This document shows, piece by piece, positions 9,304-21,000 of a stretch of DNA of 64,000 bases (position 1 is the first letter of the stretch; the number at the start of each line of letters is the position of its first letter). Where the stretch lies: positions 1-64,000 of IMG/VR virus record IMGVR_UViG_3300047372_000605; one strand, written 5' to 3'. Made by a program: the position numbers and the translations under genes. The notes beneath the pieces were generated by a model. That model was not told the origin of the DNA. It was given only the letters and a program-made list of their open reading frames with translations, and made no database searches. Source of the DNA: a virus.

Positions 9304-11391
9304 ATGGCAGAAGTACTTTTATCCCCAGGTGTATTAGCAAGAGAAAATGACTCTTCACAAGTATCCTCACAACCAATAGAAGCTGGTTGTGCTATAGTGG
9401 GTCCTACCGTAAAAGGTCCAGTTAATATCCCAACAATAGTAACATCTTACTCAGATTACCAAAATAGATTTGGTACAGTTGTAGAAAGTGGTAGTAATGA
9501 ATATACTTACTTTACTTCTGTATCTGCATACAATTATTTTCAACAAGGAGGAGATTCATTACTAGTAACTAGAGTAGTTAGTGGTTCTTATACTAGTGCT
9601 ACTAGTTCTAAAATTGAAAACTCTGATACAGCGGTAGCAGGAGCAAAAGCAGCAGCATCATTTAATTATTTAGTTCCTGCTGTAAATTATGGATTAAATA
9701 TAAATACTCCAACAACAAATCCAATGTTTATTTCTTCTTCTTTTAGTTACAATCTTCCAGGAGCTGACTTGTATTATTATACAGGTTCACAAGCTGGATT
9801 TGTAGGTAAAGTAAATGAAATAATTGGATCTTCAGGAACTAATGAAATTATTATAAATGAAGATGGTGGAGCAGCATTATCTATAACAGCTTCAGTTGCT
9901 GGAATCTTATTTAATGGTTCAACTGTTAAATCTGGTTCACAAAATGCTTTACTTCAAGGAAATGGTGTAACAATAGCTACTTTAGCTGGAGGAACAGCTT
10001 CAACCTTTAATTCAACTTTAGAATTAGAAACATTAGCTGTAGGAGCAATACAAAACAATACTTCAACAGAAGGTTCTAGAGGACAATTAGCTAGTGGTAC
10101 TAAAGATAATGTTAGATGGGAAGTAATATCCCCAGATACATCCTCAGGTACATTTAGTCTTTTAATTAGACAAGGAGATGATATTACTAGCCAGAAAAAA
10201 GTACTAGAAACTTGGACTAACTTATCCTTAGATCCAAATGCTTCAAATTATGTATCAAGAGTAATAGGAGACCAAAAACAATCAGTAAAAACTGATGGTA
10301 CTACTTATTATTTACAAATGGAAGGACTATATGCTAATGCTTCTAGATATGTAAGAGTAAAATCAGTAAATTCTAAAACATTAAATTATTTTGACAATGC
10401 TGGAGACCCAAAATCTCAATATACTAGCTCTATTCCTGTAGCTGGTTCAGGTTCGTTTGGAGCTGCTTTAGGTATTGATTTTAATAATATAAGTGCTAAT
10501 TTTAACCAAAATATTAATGCTACTAACACTCAAGGTTTAATAGGAAGTAACTATACTACAGCATTAAATTTATTAGCAAATAAAGACGAATTCCAATATA
10601 ATGTTCTTTCAATCCCTGGATTATATAGAGAAGATTATGCATCTCAAATTTCATCAATGGTTAATAATTGTCAATTTAGAGGTGATTCAATAGCAGTAAT
10701 AGATGGTGTTGCTTATGACAAATCAATAACAGCGGCAAAAACACAAGCTGCAGGAGTTGATTCCTCATATGCTGCTATGTATTGGCCTTGGTTACAAACA
10801 ATTGATCCTGATTTAGGAGATCAAGTTTGGGTACCAGCTTCAGCAATGATGCCAGGAGTATTTGCTTATAACGATTCAGTTTCAGAAGCATGGTTTGCAC
10901 CTGCAGGATTAAATAGAGGTGGATTATCATCAGTAATAAGAGCTGAAAGAAAATTAACTAATGGTAATAGAGATGAACTATACCAAGCAAACATCAACCC
11001 AATAGCTACATTCCCAAACACAGGAGTAGTAGTATTTGGTCAGAAAACATTACAGAAAAAAGCTAGTGCTTTAGATAGAGTAAATGTAAGGAGATTATTA
11101 ATTGCTTTAAAAGGATTTATTTCTCAAATAGCAGATAATTTAGTATTCGAACAAAATACAATAGCTACAAGAAATAATTTCTTAGCACAAGTTAACCCAT
11201 ACTTAGAAAGCGTACAACAAAGACAAGGATTATATGCCTTTAAAGTAGTAATGGATGATAGTAATAACACACCAGATGTTATAGATAGAAATCAATTAAT
11301 TGGGCAAATATATTTACAGCCAACCAAAACAGCTGAATTTATATACCTAGATTTCAATGTATTACCAACTGGAGCAGTATTTCCATCATAA
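9304..11391 (+). CDS. Tail sheath protein (T4 gp18-like)
   Basis: SPGV..RE.D N-terminus; YWPW, WFAPAG..RG, INPI, GQKT, DRVNVRRLL, FEQN, PTKTAEFI motifs. Confidence 0.95.
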   Translation: MAEVLLSPGVLARENDSSQVSSQPIEAGCAIVGPTVKGPVNIPTIVTSYSDYQNRFGTVVESGSNEYTYFTSVSAYNYFQQGGDSLLVTRVVSGSYTSATSSKIENSDTAVAGAKAAASFNYLVPAVNYGLNINTPTTNPMFISSSFSYNLPGADLYYYTGSQAGFVGKVNEIIGSSGTNEIIINEDGGAALSITASVAGILFNGSTVKSGSQNALLQGNGVTIATLAGGTASTFNSTLELETLAVGAIQNNTSTEGSRGQLASGTKDNVRWEVISPDTSSGTFSLLIRQGDDITSQKKVLETWTNLSLDPNASNYVSRVIGDQKQSVKTDGTTYYLQMEGLYANASRYVRVKSVNSKTLNYFDNAGDPKSQYTSSIPVAGSGSFGAALGIDFNNISANFNQNINATNTQGLIGSNYTTALNLLANKDEFQYNVLSIPGLYREDYASQISSMVNNCQFRGDSIAVIDGVAYDKSITAAKTQAAGVDSSYAAMYWPWLQTIDPDLGDQVWVPASAMMPGVFAYNDSVSEAWFAPAGLNRGGLSSVIRAERKLTNGNRDELYQANINPIATFPNTGVVVFGQKTLQKKASALDRVNVRRLLIALKGFISQIADNLVFEQNTIATRNNFLAQVNPYLESVQQRQGLYAFKVVMDDSNNTPDVIDRNQLIGQIYLQPTKTAEFIYLDFNVLPTGAVFPS

Positions 11392-11430
11392 AAGCTAAAA
11401 AAATTAATATTTATAATAAATTAACAGAAC

Positions 11431-11919
11431 ATGCCAGTAATAGATCCAAATGAAATATTTTTTACCGCTTTTGAGCCAAAACAAGCTAATAGGTTTATCC
11501 TATACATGGATGGCATACCAAGCTTTATAGTAAAAGGGGTAAGTGCAGTATCACTAACACAAGGTGAAGTAATATTAAACCACATAAACATTCAAAGAAA
11601 AGTAAAAGGTAAAACTACTTGGAATGATATCACAATGACATTATTCGACCCAATTACACCTTCAGGTGCTCAAGCAGTAATGGAGTGGGTAAGACTACAT
11701 CACGAATCTGTAACAGGTAGAGATGGTTATTCTGATTTCTATAAGAAAGATCTAAGATTAGACGTATTAGGTCCAGTAGGTGATATAGTTTCTGAATGGA
11801 TACTAAAAGGCGCTTTTGTTAAAGAAGCAACATTTGGAGATTACAACTGGGACACTGAAAACGAAGCAAAACAAATAGAAGTAACGTTAGCAGTAGATTA
11901 TTGTGTATTAAATTTCTAA
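11431..11919 (+). CDS. Tail tube protein (T4 gp19-like)
   Basis: Directly follows the sheath; EPK..NRF, W..I..TL.D, YKKD..L..L.P.G, W.L.GAF motifs. Confidence 0.9.
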   Translation: MPVIDPNEIFFTAFEPKQANRFILYMDGIPSFIVKGVSAVSLTQGEVILNHINIQRKVKGKTTWNDITMTLFDPITPSGAQAVMEWVRLHHESVTGRDGYSDFYKKDLRLDVLGPVGDIVSEWILKGAFVKEATFGDYNWDTENEAKQIEVTLAVDYCVLNF

Positions 11920-11940
11920 TAAAGATTTAAATATTTTATT

Positions 11941-11973
11941 AAAGGGAGCTTGGCTATGTCAAGCTCCTTTTTT
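11941..11973 (+). terminator. Rho-independent terminator
   Basis: GGAGCTTG-gctatgt-CAAGCTCC followed by a T6 tract. Confidence 0.85.
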
Positions 11974-12019
11974 ATATTGATATTTATAATAAATTAAAGT
12001 TATTAATAAATAAAAGATT

Positions 12020-12760
12020 ATGGCCGAATTTAAGTTACCTACTGAAGAAGTAGAATTACCCTCAAAAGGATTATTATATCCTAAAGAAAACCCTCTATCA
12101 TCTGGTAAAATAGAAATGAAATATATGACCGCAAAGGAAGAGGATATTTTAACTAATCAAAATTACATTCAAAAAGGTGTAGTAATAGATAAATTATTAC
12201 AATCTTTAATAGTTAATAAAGATATTAATTATAATGATTTATTAATAGGGGATAAAAATGCTATAATGGTAGCTGCTCGTATTTTATCTTATGGTAAAGA
12301 TTATGAATTTATTTGGGATGGACAATCTCAAAATATTGATTTATCTATTATGCAAAATAAAGAAATAGATGAAAAATTATTTCAATCAGGAGAAAATAAC
12401 TTTTCATTTACTTTACCCAACACAGAAAATCAAATAACATTTAAGTTACTAACACATGGTGATGATAAAAAAATAGATGCTGAAATAAAAGGATTAAAAA
12501 AGATAGATAAGCAAGGGGCTCATGAAGTAACAACTAGATTAGCCCACATAATTACTTCAATTAATGGTAGTGAAGAAAAAAAAGACATTAGAGAATTTGT
12601 TAAAGGGTATTTATTAGCTAAAGATGCTAGAGAGCTTAGAAATTATTATTCTAAAATATCACCGGATGTAGACATGAAAGTTTACCTAGATACAGAAGGT
12701 GGAGGAGAGGAGGTAGTAGACCTTCCTATAGGTCTTAACTTTTTTTGGCCTGACGCCTGA
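12020..12760 (+). CDS. Baseplate hub assembly / tail assembly chaperone (T4 gp26-like)
   Basis: LPSKG..Y, MTAKEEDIL and C-terminal LPIGLNFFWP; lies between the tube and tape measure genes. Confidence 0.75.
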   Translation: MAEFKLPTEEVELPSKGLLYPKENPLSSGKIEMKYMTAKEEDILTNQNYIQKGVVIDKLLQSLIVNKDINYNDLLIGDKNAIMVAARILSYGKDYEFIWDGQSQNIDLSIMQNKEIDEKLFQSGENNFSFTLPNTENQITFKLLTHGDDKKIDAEIKGLKKIDKQGAHEVTTRLAHIITSINGSEEKKDIREFVKGYLLAKDARELRNYYSKISPDVDMKVYLDTEGGGEEVVDLPIGLNFFWPDA

Positions 12761-13088
12761 GTATAGAACATTACTCTTCCAATCAATACATGATATAGTC
12801 TTTCATGGTAAAGGAGGATTTGATTATAACACAGTATATAATATGCCTATATGGTTAAGAAATTTTACATTACGTAGAATTTCAAACCATTATGAAAAAG
12901 AACATGCTGCTGCTACCGGTAAAACTGCAAAGGAACAATCTTGGGTTGATCCTTCAATGAAAAATAAAGCTAAACAATCTAACCCAGAATCTAACCAGGT
13001 TCAAATTCCAGATTTTTTACAAAATAAAAAAGCTCAAGAAACAACCAAACCTCCTTCTAACAGTAATAAGCGAACTTCATATAAATAA
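12732..13088 (+). CDS. Downstream tail-chaperone frame (gp51-like); probably reached by frameshift or a non-ATG start
   Basis: The frame is open from 12732 (VLTFFGLTPEYRTLLFQSIHDIVFHGKGGFDYNTVYNMPIWLR), overlapping the end of the upstream gene; the first ATG is only at 12843. Confidence 0.65.
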   Translation, partial: VLTFFGLTPEYRTLLFQSIHDIVFHGKGGFDYNTVYNMPIWLRNFTLRRISNHYEKEHAAATGKTAKEQSWVDPSMKNKAKQSNPESNQVQIPDFLQNKKAQETTKPPSNSNKRTSYK

Positions 13089-13125
13089 CTATATTTTTAA
13101 ATATTTATAATAAATCCACATTCTT

Positions 13126-15594
13126 ATGGCATTAGGAAAAGACTTTAGAAACTTAAAAGGAGATTTTGAAAAATTAAATCAGGAATCTGTTCAATTTCAA
13201 AGTGATTTAGTAGATATTGAAAAAACTATTAGACAGGTTGCAAAGGGTTCTAAGGATTTTGAATCTGCTATGGGTAATGCTGCAGCAACTGTTAAACAAT
13301 CCCAAAAGTTTGCGGAGGATTTAACTAAAGCTTCTACAGAGAATTTAAAATCTCAAAAAGAAATAGATAAAATTAAAAGAAAACAAGCTAAACTTTTAGG
13401 TGTTGAACAATCTATTAATGCTAGAATTAATTCTCTACTAGCTTTAAGAGTAAAACAAGGATCTCAAGAAGAAACTAATATTAAAAATGTTGTTAAAAGG
13501 TTATACGATGCTCAAGAAAGATTAGAAAAAATAAATGATGGTTATAGTGGTATATTAGATAAATCTGATAAAATAGCAAAATCTAATCCCTTTAAAGGTT
13601 TGGCAGATTTAGTATCAGATATTCCCGTCATTAATAAGTTATTAGGTAATTTAGTAAGTGCTTCTGATAAATATAGAAATACCATAATTGAAACTAATGA
13701 TTCATTCGAAGCTTTATTAGCGGGTTCTACGGAATATTTTAAATTATTAGCAAAAACAATTGCAATTTTTTCAATTAAAATATTAAAAGATGGAATTGTA
13801 GGTATAGATAAATCTTCTAAAGCACTGGCTGCTAATTTAGGAATTTCAAACCAAAATGCAAGAAACTTAAATAGATCATTCCAAGACCAGGCTAAGTCAT
13901 TGCAAGGAATGTTTATGACTTTTGTAAAAATAAGAGAAGCTCAAATAATACTTACAGAATTATCAGGAGTTCAAAATACTTTTTCGGCAGAAACAGCTGG
14001 TACTTTTTCTATATTAACCAAAAATTTAGGAATATCAGATGCTATTAGTTCAAAATTAAATTCTACCTCTATACTTGTAGGTTCTAATTTAAAAGACCAA
14101 GTTGAGTCAACAATAGGATTAGTTAGATTTAATAATCAAAGATTCAATATTGCAGTATCAGAAAAAGTAGTAATGCAAGAAATAGCTAACATTAGTTCTA
14201 ATGTAGCTATGTCAATGGCAGCTCAAGGAAAAAATCTTGCTAGTGCTGTTTATCAAGCTCAAAAATTAGGGCTATCAATGCAACAGATAGAAAAAACAGC
14301 ATCAAGTTTATTAGAATTTGAATCATCTATTACAAATGAACTAGAAGCTGAATTATTAATAGGTAAAGATCTTAATTTAGAAAGAGCTAGATTAGCTGCT
14401 TTAAATAATGACATACAAAGGGTAACCGAAGAAATTGGTAAACAGGGTATTACTCAAAGTAGTTTCTCAAGAATGAACGCTATTCAACAATCTTCTATAG
14501 CTAAAGCCTTAGGTATGACCGCTGCAGGAATGGGAGATATGTTTGCTAAGCAAGCTACATTTAAAAGGTTAGGAGCTCAAGATATAGGAGGAGTCCAAGA
14601 AATAATCCAACAAATGAGAAAAGATGGTTTTTCTAGAAAACAAATTCAAGATAAAATAGGAAATGATGCATTGTTAGAAGCAGCCAATAATAGAACAATG
14701 CAAGAGCAAATGCAAGATTTAATTGATACTATATCTGGAAAATTTATAGATTTAATGCTATCCATTTTACAAAAATTGAAAAGTTTATTAGATTTTTTCA
14801 CAGGAGGAGATGGTCCTAATAGAGCAATGAAAGGTGCCCTTCAAGCTACGGCATTAGGAAGTGTGGGTGCTGTATCAACTGCTGGAAGAATAGCTAAATC
14901 AACAGCTGGAATGATAGGTTTAACTGGCTTAATGAGTAAATCTGCAGGTGCTAGTGCTAGTGCTGCAGGTTCTGCATTTCAAACAGGGAGATTTGCTAGT
15001 GGACCAAGAGCAGGACAACAATTTTTCAAAGTTGGTGGAAAATTTGCCAGTGAATCAAGTTTTAGGGCTGCACAAGCTGCTTCTAGAACAGGATCAACTG
15101 CAGTAAAAACAGCGTCTAATGTTGGTAGATTTGCTAAATTTGGAGGAACAGCTATGAAAGGTTTAGGAAGAATAGCAGCACCTTTAGCTATAGCAGGAGT
15201 AGGATTTGATGCTTATCAGAATTTTAATGATAAAAGTTTATCAGGAGGAGATGCAGCCTTAAAAACATTAGATCAAAATAAAGGATTAGCAGCTGGAACA
15301 GCTGCGGGATTAGCACTTGCTCCACTTACTGGAGGAATTAGTATGTTGGCAGGACCTTTAATTGGTGGAGTTATAGATATGTTTGCGGGTACTTTTGGAG
15401 ATTATGGGGATAAAAACTTAGAAGAACAAAAGAAAACAAACGAATTACTTTTAGCTAATAACCAGCAATTAATGGCTCAAACACAAGAACTATATGAAGC
15501 TATTGCAAGAGCTAGATCTGTATCTATAGATGGGGATTTATTAACTAGTAATTCTGGTATAAATAACACCGGAGGTGGAAGGAATATTCCTTAA
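13126..15594 (+). CDS. Tape measure protein
   Basis: 822 aa, helical/coiled-coil with an A/G-rich C-terminal region; canonical position after the tube and chaperone. Confidence 0.8.
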   Translation: MALGKDFRNLKGDFEKLNQESVQFQSDLVDIEKTIRQVAKGSKDFESAMGNAAATVKQSQKFAEDLTKASTENLKSQKEIDKIKRKQAKLLGVEQSINARINSLLALRVKQGSQEETNIKNVVKRLYDAQERLEKINDGYSGILDKSDKIAKSNPFKGLADLVSDIPVINKLLGNLVSASDKYRNTIIETNDSFEALLAGSTEYFKLLAKTIAIFSIKILKDGIVGIDKSSKALAANLGISNQNARNLNRSFQDQAKSLQGMFMTFVKIREAQIILTELSGVQNTFSAETAGTFSILTKNLGISDAISSKLNSTSILVGSNLKDQVESTIGLVRFNNQRFNIAVSEKVVMQEIANISSNVAMSMAAQGKNLASAVYQAQKLGLSMQQIEKTASSLLEFESSITNELEAELLIGKDLNLERARLAALNNDIQRVTEEIGKQGITQSSFSRMNAIQQSSIAKALGMTAAGMGDMFAKQATFKRLGAQDIGGVQEIIQQMRKDGFSRKQIQDKIGNDALLEAANNRTMQEQMQDLIDTISGKFIDLMLSILQKLKSLLDFFTGGDGPNRAMKGALQATALGSVGAVSTAGRIAKSTAGMIGLTGLMSKSAGASASAAGSAFQTGRFASGPRAGQQFFKVGGKFASESSFRAAQAASRTGSTAVKTASNVGRFAKFGGTAMKGLGRIAAPLAIAGVGFDAYQNFNDKSLSGGDAALKTLDQNKGLAAGTAAGLALAPLTGGISMLAGPLIGGVIDMFAGTFGDYGDKNLEEQKKTNELLLANNQQLMAQTQELYEAIARARSVSIDGDLLTSNSGINNTGGGRNIP

Positions 15595-15619
15595 TAATAT
15601 TTATAACAAAACAATAATT

Positions 15620-15856
15620 ATGGGACTACAAAAAAAATTAACAGTACAGGGTTCACCTTTATCTAAAAATAATGGGGCTAATGTATCTATTATGCCAGGA
15701 ACATCACCTTTATCAGAATTACATTATGAATATTCAATTAATGGAAATCCTAGTTTAGCAGGAAAGCCAAACCCATCAGATTTAGATTTAAATGGTTTAA
15801 AACCTTCTAATTCTTATGATGTAACAGCACCAACTGAAGGATTAGGTAGAATATAA
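15620..15856 (+). CDS. Hypothetical structural protein
   Basis: ATG at 15620, downstream of TATTTATA (15598), is a more plausible start than 15575. Confidence 0.6.
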   Translation: MGLQKKLTVQGSPLSKNNGANVSIMPGTSPLSELHYEYSINGNPSLAGKPNPSDLDLNGLKPSNSYDVTAPTEGLGRI

Positions 15857-15863
15857 TTAATAT

Positions 15864-17765
15864 ATGTCATTTTTATTAACTCTTCAAACAGATCTTAAAT
15901 CTTTAAGATTTGGAAAGGATCGTCCTGAAGGAGGCTCTAGTCAACAACCATATGTAAAAACAGCAATACCCCCTCAACAAGAAGGATATGCTGAAACAAT
16001 GAATGTACTAGGAACCCCTATAGGAACGGGGACTGATGCTTTAATAAGAGGTGGGATATCATCAGCAGAACACGTAGCTAAAGATTTAGAAAGAATAGGT
16101 AAATGGTTTTTTGATACTACAAGCCCTAGAGGACTTCAATTTGTAGCTAACCAAGGAATACTATCAGAAATATCAGTAAGAACTCAAGCTTCATTGGGTG
16201 CTAAACCAAATCAAGGTTTTTATTCTCCATTACAAACTTTATATCAAATAGGAACTAACAATGTAGGAGGTCATTCCAATAGATTTTTAAAAGGTTTATT
16301 AAATCCCCTTAAACAAACAAGAGGATATTTAGATTCAACTGGAACCCCAGGAGCATCTACTGTAACACCAAATTTTGTAACAAATCGTATTATAGGAGGG
16401 GCTGATGGGAGTGAAAATAGACTTGTATTATTAAACGAAATTAAACAACTTAACTTAAAAACAGACAAAACCCAAGCAGGTGCTTTAAAAATATCCAAAG
16501 CTTTACTTAATAATAATATTCAAATTAGTGCACCTAATGAAATATTTGAATATCAGGGAGGACCTAATTCAATTTTAGGAGCAGGAAATACCCAAATAAA
16601 GTTTGCTACTGATCAAACAGGAGCACCTTTAAGAACAGGAATTAATAATTTTAGAATTAAAGAAAGTTTAGGAAATATAGATTATAAAATAGTTAGAGTA
16701 GGTTATTCTTTAAAAGATCTTTCATCAATAGATGATTTTAGAAAACCAAAATTAAAAGACCAAAAATCTTCAATTATAATGGGTCTTTCACCTAATTATT
16801 CACAAGCTTCATCTGGAACAAATTTTACAATTGCTGGTAAATCAGATTCTAGAATTCATTATAAATCCCCAGGTCAAAGAGGAAATGTAATAGATTATAC
16901 TTTTGGTAAGACAGACCCACAAGGAAATCCTATAGGAGCTGTAGATTTAATTAATGCCCAACCTATATATAGATCAAGTGGGGTTAGAACTGATGAGGGA
17001 ATAAAAAAGAATGATTTAGTAAAATTTAGGATCGCAGCTATAGATACAGAAGACCCTAATAAAAAAGAATTTATACATTTTAGAGCATTTATAAATAATT
17101 TCACAGATAACTACCAAGGAAATTGGAGTACAGTGTCTTATATGGGTAGAGGAGAAGATTTTTATAGATATTCTAAATTTGGTAGAAATATTAATATGGA
17201 TTTTACAGTAGCTGCCCAATCAAAACCAGAAATAATGGAACAATATAGAAAATTAAACTTTTTAGTTTCTAATACTTTTCCAGATTACACAACAGCAGGT
17301 TATATGGCAGGACCTTTAGTCCAATTAACTATGGGAGGTTGGTGTTATGAATTGCCTGGTTTTTTAAATTCAATAACTTTAGATATTCCACAAGAATCCC
17401 CATGGGAAATTGGTATAAATACTTTAGGTAAGTTTGATAAATCAGTAAAAGAAATGCCTCATATGTGTAATGTAACTATGCAATTTACTCCAATTCACCC
17501 ATTTAGACCACAAAAACAAAATAATACTTATACTGAAGATAATCAAAATGAAATTGGAAAATATGGAAAGGAGCATTATATTCAATTATCCACAGGAGGA
17601 AAAAATAACAATTATGACAATGATAGATTTTTCAAACCAGACCCAAGATTTAATCTAAAACAACCACCCCCACCTCCAACTCAAGAAGAAAATGAAATGG
17701 ATGTTTTTGAAGAATTACCAAATCAAGATCTTATAAACAAGTATGGAAATTTAAATAGTTTTTAA
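15864..17765 (+). CDS. Putative baseplate / tail-tube initiator protein
   Basis: C-terminal FRAFI..F.D.Y...W....YMGRGE.FY.Y..F.R tube-like domain; baseplate context. Confidence 0.55.
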   Translation: MSFLLTLQTDLKSLRFGKDRPEGGSSQQPYVKTAIPPQQEGYAETMNVLGTPIGTGTDALIRGGISSAEHVAKDLERIGKWFFDTTSPRGLQFVANQGILSEISVRTQASLGAKPNQGFYSPLQTLYQIGTNNVGGHSNRFLKGLLNPLKQTRGYLDSTGTPGASTVTPNFVTNRIIGGADGSENRLVLLNEIKQLNLKTDKTQAGALKISKALLNNNIQISAPNEIFEYQGGPNSILGAGNTQIKFATDQTGAPLRTGINNFRIKESLGNIDYKIVRVGYSLKDLSSIDDFRKPKLKDQKSSIIMGLSPNYSQASSGTNFTIAGKSDSRIHYKSPGQRGNVIDYTFGKTDPQGNPIGAVDLINAQPIYRSSGVRTDEGIKKNDLVKFRIAAIDTEDPNKKEFIHFRAFINNFTDNYQGNWSTVSYMGRGEDFYRYSKFGRNINMDFTVAAQSKPEIMEQYRKLNFLVSNTFPDYTTAGYMAGPLVQLTMGGWCYELPGFLNSITLDIPQESPWEIGINTLGKFDKSVKEMPHMCNVTMQFTPIHPFRPQKQNNTYTEDNQNEIGKYGKEHYIQLSTGGKNNNYDNDRFFKPDPRFNLKQPPPPPTQEENEMDVFEELPNQDLINKYGNLNSF

Positions 17766-18065
17766 ATGAATAGATATTCTCAAATACCAGAAACAAGATC
17801 CCCAGGGAAAAAATTAATGTACGAAACTGTACGTTATCCTGATATCCCTAAGTCATCTGAAGATACTTATGTTTATACTACTATTGGTGATAGATTTGAT
17901 ACTCTAGCTCAACAATTTTATGGAGATTCTACTTTATGGTGGATAATTTCAATTGCTAATGATAATTTAGTTCAAAATTCTTTAACACCCCCAATGGGTT
18001 CTCAAATAAGAATCCCACCTAACCCATCTCCAATTATAGCAAAGTTTAAATTAATAAATTCCTAA
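17766..18065 (+). CDS. LysM-like baseplate protein (gp53/tail X-like)
   Basis: GDRFDTLAQQFYGDSTLWWIISIAN...G.QIRIP pattern. Confidence 0.8.
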   Translation: MNRYSQIPETRSPGKKLMYETVRYPDIPKSSEDTYVYTTIGDRFDTLAQQFYGDSTLWWIISIANDNLVQNSLTPPMGSQIRIPPNPSPIIAKFKLINS

Positions 18066-18068
18066 TAT

Positions 18069-21000
18069 ATGGCTAATTTAATAGGAGAAGGTTTTAATGA
18101 TTATGTTAGAAGACAAATAAACGATAGACAAAAAATTTATGGTTCAGGTGCTCAATCTAATACTTTAAGAACCGAAAAAGAAATTACTTATTTAAATTCT
18201 AGAACAGCCTGGATAAAAGTTGCTTCTTCTGTTTCTTTAGATGCTAAAACTGGAGAAAATGGAGATTTAACAATGGCTAAACTAAGAAGAAAAAATTTAG
18301 ATTTAGTAGGCGAAATTGCTTTAAAAAAAGATTTAGCTAAAAAATTTGTTTTATTTAATGGAGTTTCAAGTTTAAATAAAGATAGTGGTGATATTCTTAA
18401 ACAAAGGTCTGGAATTATAAATTCAAATGAAAGCCCTAAATCTGTACATAATTCTGCTTATGGTATGGGAGGATTAGAATTTGGTTTACAACCTATGCCT
18501 GGTATTATTAGTATGGATATTGAAGCTTTAAATATGGGTTCTTTAAAAAAAGCAATAATAAAAATAAAGGCTTATAATAAAGAACAATTAGCAATATTAG
18601 ATGTTTTATACCTAAGATTAGGTTACACTTTACTTGTAGAATTTGGAAATAATTTATATATAGATAAAAGTGGAGAAGTTCAAAATATAGGTTCTACTAT
18701 AATAGAAGAGAAATTCTTTACAGAAGAATTAGTAGGTAAATCTTATAGAGATTTACTTCCTGAAATAGAGAAAAAAAGATTAGAATATTGTGGAAATTAT
18801 GATGGTTTTTTTGGGAGAATAACTAATTTTAGTTGGGATTTTAACCCTGATGGAAGTTATGATATTATAATTAATTTATACAGTTTAGGAGATGTTATAG
18901 AATCTTTAAAATTAAATCAAGTAAATACCCAAGGATTATTACAAAAATATAAAAATGCAGATGAAGCCCAGCAAAAACACATGGCTGCTAGATTTAAGTT
19001 AGATTATAATGATGAAAATATATTAACTTTTTTACAACAACAAGAAAGAGAAAGAGATAAAATATATGAATATCTTAAAGAAATACAATCTTTTAATTAC
19101 TTAAAATTTACACAAGAAAGTGAGGTAACTAGAACAGCTAGAGTACAATCACAACAAACGGCTGTAATAAATGATGCATTGCAAAGTAGCCCTCACTATG
19201 GTATAGATAATGTTGATAATGATCCCCAAATCCAAAATGCAATAAATGCACAATTAAAATTAGATGAACAAAAAAGACTAGAAGATCTTATTGCTGTTGA
19301 AGTTCTCTCAGGAGATAGGTATGTTCCTAAAATTTCATTTGACCCATCTGTCCCTCCATTGTATTATAAGTTAGTACCAAATGATCCTGATTTAACTGCA
19401 ACATTTGATGATAAGACAAATCCCCCAATTACACAAGAAGAATTTGATAATTTAGGAGGAAGTTTAGATGCTTATAAAAATAAATCTTCAAATTATAATG
19501 AAGTAGAACTTACAGATTTTACAGAAGAATTTAAAGGAGTTATTTATACAGTTAAATTATATAGGTTTACTAATAGTTTTATAGAAGATGAAAAATATGT
19601 AGGAAACCAAATTAAACTTGCCTCTATTGAGGGTATGGGGACTGACTTATTAGGTAGTTCACAACAACAAAATATTGAGGCTGGATTTACACCTATTAAT
19701 TTTTTTACTAATGGTAAAGAATATTCTCTTACTTCTTTAGGTCCAAAAACTAGTGAAATTTTTGAACCTACTAAAGCTATTCAAACCCAAGGGACATCAC
19801 CTAGAAATAGAGTCCCATTCCCTTCAGATTTTGATAGAGAAATTCTTAGCAAGAATAATAACAAACTAAGACAGGCACAGCAAAAAATCCAAGCTGAACA
19901 AGATCAAATTATTGATTTAATTAAAAAGGAAAAAAGCCAAAAAACCCTACCTAAATCAAATAATGTATATATAGCTGCAACTCCCTTTAAGAAAAAAACG
20001 AAACTTGAAACTATAGGAAATATCATTAATAGATCAACAGGTTGGGATTCAACAAAACTTTACAAATCTTCATCAGATAAAGCTGATCATGTTTTTATTA
20101 AAAAGTATAATCCTATTGATAATAGTTATTTTATTAGGTTTGGAACACTTTTAGAATTTATTAAAGAAAATATTCTTTATAAAGTAGATAATGGTGGGGA
20201 CAAAAAAACTAACCCTCCTATTTTTACATTAGATACTGATATAGATTCTAATATTATGTACACATTACCTAACCATATTTCATTAGATCCTACACAAGCT
20301 ATAGTTAATATAAATGTTAAATCTATAGGTTCTAATATTAAAACTTTTGAGGGATTAGAAGAATTTCAAAATACTGAACCTTTTTATGGTAAGATAATGA
20401 ATATTTATTTATCTCATCAATTTATTTTTAATCAAATTTCTGCAAATACTGATGAAAAACATAATCTTATATTATTTGATTTTTTAGATTCTATATGTTC
20501 ACGCTTAAATGTTATTTTTGGAGGAATTAATAATCTTCACCCTTCTATAGATGAAACTACAAATTGTATTAAAATTTATGATGATACCCCAGTACCTAAT
20601 TTAGAAAAAATATCTCAATATTTAAGAGCTAAAGATCCTAAAAAATATAAATTTTTTGAAGACGTAAAGAATTTTCAATGGAATTGTAATACACTCCCAA
20701 ACCAAACAGTACCCTATACTCTTAATCTTTATGGTTATGATGGTACTTCTAATAATTCAAATTTTGTAAATAATGTAAAAATAGCAACTAAAGTAACAAA
20801 AGATATGTCTACTATGTTATCTATAGGAGCTACGGCTAATGGTTACGTAGTAGGAGAAGAATCAACAGCTTTTTCAAAATGGAATTTTGGTATGAGAGAT
20901 AGGTACTATGAAGAAATTGTTGATGCTGAATATGATGAAAAAATAAAAGCTGAATTAGCTGAAAGGCTAAAAAAAGATAATGAAGAAATTCAAAGAAATT

